A stretch of 14,948 nucleotides of DNA from Paraphysomonas bandaiensis (taxonomy: Eukaryota; Protista; Chrysophyceae): contig CBFFRP010000228.1 in assembly GCA_965644295.1 (NCBI GenBank), forward strand, positions 1 through 14,948, given 5' to 3'. The notes beneath the pieces are model-generated. The model ran no database searches. It saw only the letters and a list, made by a program, of their open reading frames with translations, and was not told where the DNA came from. Below, one piece after another: positions 1-8,481 of the stretch; position 1 is the first letter of the stretch; every line of letters starts with the position of its first letter. Made by a program: the position numbers and the translations under genes.

Positions 1-680
1 GGGCTAGCACCTATAGGTAGATGACAACTAAGCTATAGGTATTACCTACGGCTGAGGTACCTATAGGTATGATGTTATGGTTCCTATAGGGAATGTGCGC
101 TAGCACCTATAGGTAGATGACAATTAACCTATAGGTAATGCCTGCGACAGAGGTACCTATAGGTATGATGTTATGGTACCTATAGGTAATACCTACGGCT
201 GAGGTACCTATACGTATGATGTTATGGTTCCTATAGGGAATGTGCGCTAGCACCTATAGGGAGATGACAATTAACCTATAGGTAATGCCTAGGGCCGAGA
301 TACCTATAGGTAGATGACAACTAACCTATAGGTAATACCTAGGGCTGAGACACCTATAGGTAATGTGGGCTAGCACCTATAGGTAGATGACAATTAACCT
401 ATAGGTATTACCTACGTCTGAGGTACCTATAGGTATGGTGTTATGGTCCCTATAGGGAATGTGGGCTAGCACCTATAGGTAGATGACAATTAACCTATAG
501 GTATTACCTACGGTCGAGGTACCTATAGGTATGATTTTATGGTACCTATAGGTGGTGAGACATAGGCACCTACCTATAGGTAGGGTCGCTAGGAATACCT
601 ACAGGTAGGTACCTAATAGGTATGTACCTAATAGGTATGCATGAACTACCTATAGGAAGTTCGAAGTACCTATAGGTACC
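1..680. repeat. Modular tandem array of palindromic ACCTATAGGT cores separated by four recurring spacer types (basic higher-order unit 96 bp); truncated by the left window edge
   Basis: 10-bp cores (a few with 1-2 substitutions) start at 9,31,59,82,105,127,155,178,206,229,252,274,302,324,352,375,397,425,448,471,493,521,544,572, with core-to-core periods of 22, 23 or 28 nt only. Degenerate cores follow at about 597,611,626,648,668. Spacers: A=agatgacaayta, B=awtrcctasggctgagrt-like, C=atgatgttatggt, D=aatgtgsgctagc. Confidence 0.95.
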
Positions 681-969
681 TAATATAGCCCACCGATGTT
701 GCTCTACACGTGAAACGCAAAACCATAACCTTGCTTTGTTGCACAGAACGACACAACGTACTTTAAATAATTAATCTCAAATATTTAGGTATTTTACAGC
801 GCACTAAAATCTACTTAATGAATATAAATATACTATCAATCTATCAATACTACGATACGATAAACTCATATACGAACTACGATGTGTGTACAAAACGACT
901 GGCAATCGGATCTGTTTTTCGTAAAAGCTAAAACAACGTGTACTTACGACATGTAATCCACAAAGAGAA

Positions 970-2489
970 CTAGCACAACACGTTCAGTAGAATCTGATTA
1001 AACTCCTCACTAACCCAGGGTTGGAAGTGGACAGCGTCGAAGTATACATTGGCCATCTCGGACTCTGCACAACACCTGTTTCTCCCAATATCTCCCATCC
1101 ATTGAAACCTCGTAAACTCCTTCGTTACATGAGCCAAATCATACACACCGCACCCAGATTCATAGGCCGTTAATCGCACCATGCGTTCCAAGTCTGAGAA
1201 TATCGCGGGCGTTCTCTTTTCCTCTGGCACAGCATTAGAATGTGGTGCTGTGGTGCCCTTCCAATAACAACGGCCGGAATGCTTGGATGTCAAGTTGAAC
1301 AGCCCCTGAAAGACTTGCTTAGCTTGCTTCAGATCAGTAGGAACGCTTCCCCACAGACCCCTATATATAGACGCAGAGATATTACTTTATGGCTACTATA
1401 TCGCACATACCACCATATTTGAACGAAAAAGCATGCAGAGAGAAAGTACAGCAGAAAACAGGGAGTGTTGAACATATTTATATAACATGAATGCAAATAT
1501 AAGCCTGATGATGAAAAGTAAATGTCTTTCATGCGGCAGTTAACAATATACCACATCACGTAGACAATACGATAGATATTACGTGTCCAGTGTGCAACCC
1601 CATCTGCATTCGACATCACGAACCTGTTAAACAAGGCAATATCCACTCCTTCAGCGATATGCTTCTCATCAAGTGCGGTGAAGAAGCCCTCCTCTTCAAG
1701 GTCGTAGCTATAGTCGTACTTGTTGGCATTGACAGTAGACCTTTGATCAAACCATTGCTGCTCTGTCATCTCACATGATCCTACTTCACTGCACCCAGTT
1801 GGAACCCAGCCTCGCATAGGTATACCAATGAGGTTGTTCAGAAATGTCACTCGAACTTGAGAAGGATGGGACGATTGGCGAGATGGCATCTTCGTGTGCA
1901 GATTGTGGGTGACGTTTATGTGATCACTAACATAAAACATGTTTTCCATTGAAGAGTCTCTCTCCTGTCTGACACATTGACATTCAACACGCCCCCCCAT
2001 ACCCTGACCACCTATGTGCATATGCATCCGTTTCCAACTCTTATCACTCGCATGGCCATAAACTTTTCCCCAATCTCCTTCCATCACTATATTTGGGTGC
2101 TCGCGATCACTGCATGTGGGATTATTATGTTTCCCAATATTCGGACAGTTATCACGAATTCCAAATCTAGGAGGCCACTTCCCATGCTGCAAAAAGTATA
2201 CTAGGCTGAGATACTGGTACCTGGATACGGAATCTCCAATCAACAACATATGGTGCCCAGCCAAGCATTGTCTCGCCTCATGTGCAGTGAATCGCTTCAA
2301 TCGACATGTCTCCAACGTATACTCTCTGCTCCCATCCTGACGATACCGCCAGATACTAGGATCACGGGTAATGAAGGCTCCATTGTGCATGCCGGGGATC
2401 TTCTTGACCTCAGTGCATAGAGGCTTAGTTGCTAATACTTTCCCATCGCATAATGCTAATAGGGACAAAATGAATAGTAGGAAGAGCAT
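970..2489 (-). CDS. Secreted SGNH-like acyl-esterase/O-acyltransferase of the PC-esterase/TBL (GDS...DxxH) type; exons 2489-1624 and 1360-970, about 418 aa
   Basis: First in-frame ATG at 2489 opens a hydrophobic signal peptide (MLFLLFILSLLALCDG). The motif CRLKRFTAHEARQCLAGHHMLLIGDSVSRYQY has GDS at 2237-2229. A GT-AG intron 1623-1361 (AACAG|gttcgt...tatatag|GGGTCTG) joins the two ORF-track pieces in frame and restores ALFNRGLWG. Then come CYWKGTT and the C-terminal DAVHF...FNQILLNVLC* (DxxH at 1038-1027). This motif order matches the PC-esterase fold. Confidence 0.85.
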
Positions 2490-2603
2490 GCTTAAGAGAG
2501 GCAGTTTGCTGAAGGGATTGATGTACCCCCAGCTAATCTCGCTACCAATTATCAGAGATGCTTGGATTCCACATGTTGTACACAATCATCCAGAGTATGC
2601 ATG

Positions 2604-2941
2604 TGTATGTATGTATGTATGTATGTATGTATGTATGTATGTATGTATGTATGTATGTATGTATGTATGTATGTATGTATGTATGTATGTATGTATGTAT
2701 GTATGTATGTATGTATGTATGTATGTATGTATGTATGTATGTATGTATGTATGTATGTATGTATGTATGTATGTATGTATGTATGTATGTATGTATGTAT
2801 GTATGTATGTATGTATGTATGTATGTATGTATGTATGTATGTATGTATGTATGTATGTATGTATGTATGTATGTATGTATGTATGTATGTATGTATGTAT
2901 GTATGTATGTATGTATGTATGTATGTATGTATGTATGTATG
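2604..2941. repeat. Perfect tetranucleotide microsatellite (TGTA)n, about 84.5 copies, 338 bp
   Basis: Uninterrupted gtat repeat read directly; it produces the spurious MYVC/HTYI ORFs. Confidence 0.99.
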
Positions 2942-3487
2942 CTGTTGCAGGTATTTATAAAAGAGGACATACAGCTGAATCTTTCATAAACTCATATACA
3001 GCAGCATATTTCTATATTTCCTTCATACTGGCGAATTCCAACCTGAGGGAAGATCTGGAAACACGTATTTTATCTTTGATGCAAGATTATTGTTGCATTT
3101 ATTCTTCTCGAATTGAAATTGGAATGCAGTATGGATCCAATATGAACTTGTCAGTATAGACGTTCTCGGTGGTCTGTTTATATATAATGTTATTCTCGTT
3201 ATTGTTTTACACTGATTTTTAATGAATGAAAGAACCGCAGTAGCTTAGAGCACGTTGTTGTCGGCAGTTTTTCATATTTCACCGTCTCTGCTCTTTCACA
3301 TTTCATATCTGGTATGCAGGTCGCAGTGCATAATGAGTTTCTAGAATTATGTTGTGTTTATTTCAATCAATTGCTTGATTGTTTTGTCTATTATAGAATC
3401 GCTTTAATACTAATGAGAAGAAACGAACATTACTGCTCTGAATATCAATACATTACTTAACTTAGAGTATCTACTTTTAGCTGAATT

Positions 3488-3597
3488 TATCAGAGGGGTG
3501 TACTAATATATTACAAAATATTATTAATGTTAAACGAATACATTAAATCCATATTGCAAGATATTGCAATACCATATACTTACCCTCCCCTCTGATA
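3488..3597. repeat. 11-bp perfect inverted repeat around an AT-rich interior; possible MITE
   Basis: tatcagagggg (3488-3498) and cccctctgata (3587-3597), both with TA at the outer end. Internal hairpin tattgcaa-gata-ttgcaata at 3552-3571. Confidence 0.4.
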
Positions 3598-4251
3598 TTT
3601 ATAGCAGACCGTAGTGATATAAAACCATCAATAGTATAGTCTATAATCTAACAAACTGAATACAATTCTGGTACATTTTGATAAGAGCGAAAACTTGAAA
3701 GTTGTTGACTAGGCTTTGTCTTTTTCCAGTTTTGGTCATGTAGCTATTGACACCCCAACACACGGCGATATATCCTAAACTTAACATCAATTAACTACGT
3801 CTTATCGTATATCATATATAAAATTATAGTATGGTCTATTCTTTTCAGAAATTATAACCTAGTCGCCGTCATGTCATAATGAATCAGAAGTTTTCGTGAC
3901 ACAGGGTCTATTCCTGGTGTTCGCCTAACGAATCGCAAATACATATTCGTGGTCTTTACTCATGAGTTCACCACGTTCTATGGTATCATCGAACTATGTC
4001 ACTATTTGTACTACTAGTGTATAACTGTCCTCTCAGAGGAGTAAAATAGGAATTAAATGACTAACAAGATAAAGCTAAACCACACATTCCATTGGTTTTG
4101 AAAATCTTTCCTACATTATTACTATTGCACTTTTTCAGGGTGATACAGGGCCACTATACCATCTACTAATATGCTTATCATTGACACGTCAACATCCACT
4201 AGACTCTGTTGCCAACAAACGCCACAATATGGTCTATCATAGAAGCAGAGA

Positions 4252-5253
4252 TTACTTGCGGAGAGCACGACGATCAGCACGTGTCTGGGCATGGTATCCT
4301 GCGCGGATAGGAGCCACTGATCGAGAAGATCCACACTCCTATTTTAAAAAGTCAACAATTGTTCACGAGTATACATTGGTGAAGAATAACGAGGGGTGTC
4401 AAATGAAAAACATCCTTAAACAGACTTAATCATTACCTGGCAGTGTACGAAGAATAATCGCGACACGCTGTCACGAGTGAGGGATGTGTTGAAACTTCTA
4501 CACATTTGGCAGGTAACGTACTCCACGATATACTTCCTCAACAGGGATTCAATATACTGTAGATATCCAGTCAGAACACGAAAACCATGCAATATAGTAA
4601 ATGTAGAATACAACAAACACGACACTATCGACTTCTACTCATTGTAAAACATGAAACTCACTTTCGGAACAAACTTTCCTCTTATAACCAATCGCTCGTT
4701 ACCGTCAATAGAGCCCTCTGTACCCAACTCCGCCATCATGAACTGGAAAACGTGGTCTGGTGAACGCTTCATCATCTTGCATATCTCTTGAAAATTGACC
4801 CATAGAGTTTTCTTGGTCCCCACTACAAGAAATATTGTCAAATGGAGATCCAAAACTATTGATAACCATACCTCTCATTAATTGTGGAGGCTTCACAGTG
4901 TGTCTCCTCTTCTCAGAATACTCTGGGTTATGCTCATGAAGAAGATCCACTGCCCTCTGAAGAAGTTCGCTATAGCTATATGTGGGCGGGTCTAAAACGA
5001 ACTCTTGGTGTGTGCCGGGGGCATCGACCTGGTTGTCTTTGTTCACATTCTCTGTTTGGGCAGGGGCCTCTTCAGTTGTAGCCTAATAACACATCAACCC
5101 TATTACATACTAAACAGAATATCACACCTTCTTCTTCTTCTTCTTTTTCTTCTGTTTGAGGTCAAACATGGAAGCAATTTCATCAGGCAATGGCTCAGAT
5201 AACTTTGCCGTCTCCTCAGCATTCGAACTCTGTTCTTCTACAAATTCAGACAT
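4252..5253 (-). CDS. EIF2S2: Eukaryotic translation initiation factor 2 subunit beta (eIF2-beta); exons 5253-5128, 5082-4872, 4822-4662, 4556-4437, 4338-4252; 234 aa
   Basis: Four GT-AG introns (45, 49, 105, 98 nt) give a continuous 705-nt frame: MSEF...[14 protein letters not shown]|...YSYSELLQR...[61 protein letters not shown]|[19 protein letters not shown]...RLFFVHCQ|[28 protein letters not shown]. It has the lysine box, the eIF2B/eIF5 domain and the C2-C2 zinc finger typical of eIF2-beta/Sui3. Confidence 0.97.
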
Positions 5254-5773
5254 GATGAATGTTATAAATTACACAATCAATATCTCTTTTCTTTTATCCA
5301 ATTAGTATGTATTGGTAATAGGTATATATATATATATATTAGTGGAGGTTTAGCGGAGGGTTTAATACACTACACGGCTGCTGTCTTCTTTGTGGTTCTG
5401 AGTGATGTCAGTCATTATAGGGAAATTGGTTGCTGTGTGTGTGAAGAAGATGTCAATATCCCTATTTTTAGGTATTGTATACACGAAATATCGCTTTTTA
5501 TAGAATTGTTTCATACACATTTTGTATAGTAGTTTGATGAGAAATACGTGATTCTACCCATTTTATCCTCGAAAATCCTACCTTTTTAGTTAAGAACAGC
5601 CCCAATAAGTACGACAGTGTACTGCTGTGTATGTTACTGTACACTGGACATCCAGTACATACACGTACACAGAGAGAGTGGTATGATATTCTCAGTCTCA
5701 TGACCATCAATCATATCAATGCCTACAACCCACTGTGTCTTCCATTTCATTATCTATTCACACTTTCAATAGA
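5254..5773. promoter_or_regulatory. Divergent (head-to-head) intergenic region, probable bidirectional promoter, with a (TA)n tract
   Basis: 520 bp between the ATG of eIF2-beta (minus, 5253) and the ATG of the RRM-methyltransferase gene (plus, 5774); (TA)n run at about 5323-5338. No specific element identified. Confidence 0.4.
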
Positions 5774-7009
5774 ATGAATAGTGATAATATTCCACTCCGT
5801 AATCGTCCAGAACGAGACAGTACGAACCTATACAGCAATACTATACATATACGGGTATGTATCTCCATCCATACAATGCAGTGTGTTACTCTCTCTATCT
5901 ATATATATATACGTGTATATATAGTCATATCATTCACTTGTATGTTACATATATAGGGATTAGCTCGAATAGCTACAGATCAAGAAATTAAAGACTTAAT
6001 CAGTGCAATACACACTCCAGTTGAGATTGATTTCTCTTTACGGCAGAAACAAGGACAAATATGGGCCCGATATGAGTGTAGTGATCATGCAAGAGCAGCT
6101 ATATCTCGACTACATCATATGAATATACATGGTGTATATTTATCAGTCAAGTTTGAACTTGGATTGGATGAGAATGGTAAACGATTAGTTGATAGGAATT
6201 CTCATCATACTGTTGTTCGCACTGTATGTAAACGTAAAGGAGGATCTCACTCTGCCAAACATAATCAGAGTAGTAAAGTATCTTATACACACCGGTCTAT
6301 ATTCTGCGGTAGTATGGAGTATCCGTTTCCGTCTGGTTTGTACTTAACTCGAGTTGTTCAACTGACGAATTTATTTCCTCGGGATGACGCTCTGCTTGCC
6401 CTAATAGCAGACACTGAAACTCTTGGTAACAAATATGGAAAAGAGATCAGTGAAGGGATGGCTATGGGAGATGCTGTAGAACGAGCTGTGCGTATGGTTT
6501 ACGGTCAGTGTGGAAGCGTGTACACTCATCACAAAATGAAGTCAAGTCGCACTAGCGACATGTCGAGTATACCAAGTATACCACAGGATACCCGTGTGTA
6601 TGTACTCGGAGATGGTGCTAGGCCACTTGGTGCGGCTTGTATATGCCTGCATATGAGTTATCCCGGTGCAAACCACTGGCGTTATGTCTCTATTGACCCT
6701 CTGCTAGACACTAGCACCGAGCTAGGGCATTATAGCTCACGGATAGAGCTATATCAAGGACTTAGTCAGGAGTATTCAATTGATTCAGGAAACACGGGAC
6801 GCACAACACTCTCTATACTAGTTGCCTGCCACAGTCATGCACCCCTCGAAGAATTTTGGGATCGTGTTGTGTCACCTAAAGTTGCCGTCACCATGGCTTG
6901 TTGCTCTAACTATTGCGACCTTCCTTCAGAAGAGCCAATATTTGAGTATGAAGATTTCGAGGTGTATTCGCCCAAAAGGCGTATAAAAATATATTGTTCA
7001 ACAACCTGA
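5774..7009 (+). CDS. Uncharacterised protein: N-terminal RRM-like domain fused to a putative class I SAM-dependent methyltransferase-like domain; exons 5774-5854 and 5957-7009, 377 aa
   Basis: Intron 5855-5956 (ATACGG|gtatgt...atatag|GGATTA) joins NTIHIR to GLARIATDQEIKDLI...KQGQIWARYECSDHARAAISRLHHMNIHGVYLSVKFE, which has RNP2/RNP1-like RRM spacing, in frame with ORF 6119-7009. The C-terminal part has RVYVLGDGARP (motif I-like, GDG at 6608-6616), WRYVSIDP (motif II-like acidic strand end), ILVACHSH and VTMACC. The gene model is solid; the domain calls are by eye. Confidence 0.75.
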
Positions 7010-7193
7010 TTACCGCTCAACTACCAATATATACATATAGACTTCATGTACTTCCATTTGTGATAATAAATATTTAAAATATTTTCGTCTAGATAGAACG
7101 AGAAGATTCCCCAATTGTAAACAGTAATATTCATTCAGTCGAAATTTAGATGTGAGGGTACCATACCATACTATGGCGGTATCATTTAAAAAC

Positions 7194-7395
7194 CTACTAA
7201 ACTAAAATGTGTCACTTGTTCATTGTTCGTACAACCAAAATGGCAGTTGAGCCGTATTTATATTTAGTAAAATCGAATAAAATTCTTAACTTGGTAGGAA
7301 TGCCTAAAAATTTAGTAGGCTCATCTGCCATTTTTAATTAAATAGAAATGTCTTCGAAATTTAGCAGGAACAAATGACACTTTTTAATATAGTAG
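7194..7395. repeat. Degenerate fold-back (nested inverted repeats), about 200 bp; possible MITE or hairpin
   Basis: Outer arms 7194-7221 and 7368-7395 match 24/28 as reverse complements. Inner arms 7237-7253 (aaaatggcagttgagcc) and 7318-7334 (ggctcatctgccatttt) match 16/17. Confidence 0.75.
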
Positions 7396-7763
7396 AAACA
7401 TCGGTAAAATTAGGAAGAATAAATATATATACCATATACCACATACAATGGCCCTTAGGAAGCTGTGGAACTGCACCGGACTTGGTCACATAAAATTGGC
7501 AATCTGCAGCTATGTCTACGGAAGAGCACAAGCATTTGAGTTTCGTAGCTGTTGAAGTCATTAACCTGCTTTTAGCGTCGATATGTAATGATTGTAAGAT
7601 ATTTGGTCAAGCCTTGACGGCTAGCGCTACCGATCTATTTCCAAAGGAAATTTACCACTGCTGTGAGTGTCTGACCGTTGCGATGTAAGATTAAAGTGTT
7701 GAAATGCATAATGAAATTAGTGTAGAGTTTTGCTTGTCTATGAGCAATTACTGAGAGCGTAGG

Positions 7764-7815
7764 TGGTGGTTGCAGAGACTCACAAGCAGCTTTCGTAGCG
7801 TTAAATAGTAGGATA
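7764..7815 (+). repeat. Dispersed repeat, copy 1 (homologous to 8676-8727)
   Basis: Ungapped alignment with 8676-8727 gives 44/52 identity. Weaker shared words (ttagtta, ctaaata, taataa..aga..ttca) continue downstream in both copies. Confidence 0.8.
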
Positions 7816-8481
7816 TCAGAGTAAAGCACTAGTTAGTTAAATACAATGCTAAATAAGCCCTGACTCTCCAAAACCTTTATTTCTAATAACAAGACATTCA
7901 CTCTAAGCAGTTACAAGGCTTCAATGATACAATAGTCAGGGACAGTATTACACGAAGTTTAATGATAAGCTATTAGATAGTTTAGACAACCGATATATAT
8001 TGACTGCACAAGATTCGTGTCTACCTATGATAATATTGATTGATAGCAGTAGGAATATACATACAGTGATTGACAATGAATGATGAGGGACGTTGATTAT
8101 AATTTTATAAATCGATTATTGTGTAAATTTAAAGGTTCAGATGATAACTTTCAATAATTCAAATGTCATTTAGAGATGTGGTAGCGGATGATAGTTCAGG
8201 AAAAGCTCACTTTCGTGTGAATACATATTGACTTCTACGGACGTACTCCAGGAGGGGTCCCTACTACGTCAAAAACGGAGTGTTCTGTTTTAGGCGTCTA
8301 GCTTCTCTTCAGGCATTAGCCACAACATCTTTATGTAAAACTAGTTTCTGTACACAACCGTTCTCATGAAATATTCAGATATTCTTGTTATTAGCCTCAA
8401 CATCTTTTAAGGGTTCTCCGTATGACGTTCACTCAATTATTATTTGATTTTTCAGACTGGCATATATCGTTAATCTATATC

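Noticed and set aside
1-680. CRISPR array
   Set aside because: The repeat is only 10 bp, spacers are 12-18 nt and recur rather than being unique, no cas genes are present, and the context is an intron-containing eukaryotic genome.
1329-1623. Hydrophobic C-terminus of the 418-aa ORF 1329-2585 as a TM region
   Set aside because: It is read-through into the 263-nt intron; splicing gives the conserved NRGLW...DxxH C-terminus instead.
2371-3159. ORFs with (MYVC)n or (HTYI)n repeats (2371-3159, 2542-2970, 2558-2989, 2562-2960)
   Set aside because: Artefacts of a stop-free (TGTA)n microsatellite; the flanking translation is antisense to the esterase or featureless.
3576-3586. U1 snRNA-like 5' end (atacttaccc)
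   Set aside because: Diverges from ATACTTACCTG at the tenth base, and no U1 stem-loops or Sm site follow.
4122-5202. Short ORFs 4122-4334, 4181-4429, 4884-5081 and 5005-5202 as independent genes
   Set aside because: They are off-frame or antisense shadows of eIF2-beta exons.
7550-7900. Solo LTR (TG...CA) ending at ttca 7900 or 8842
   Set aside because: No candidate TG start is flanked by a matching 4-6 bp target-site duplication.
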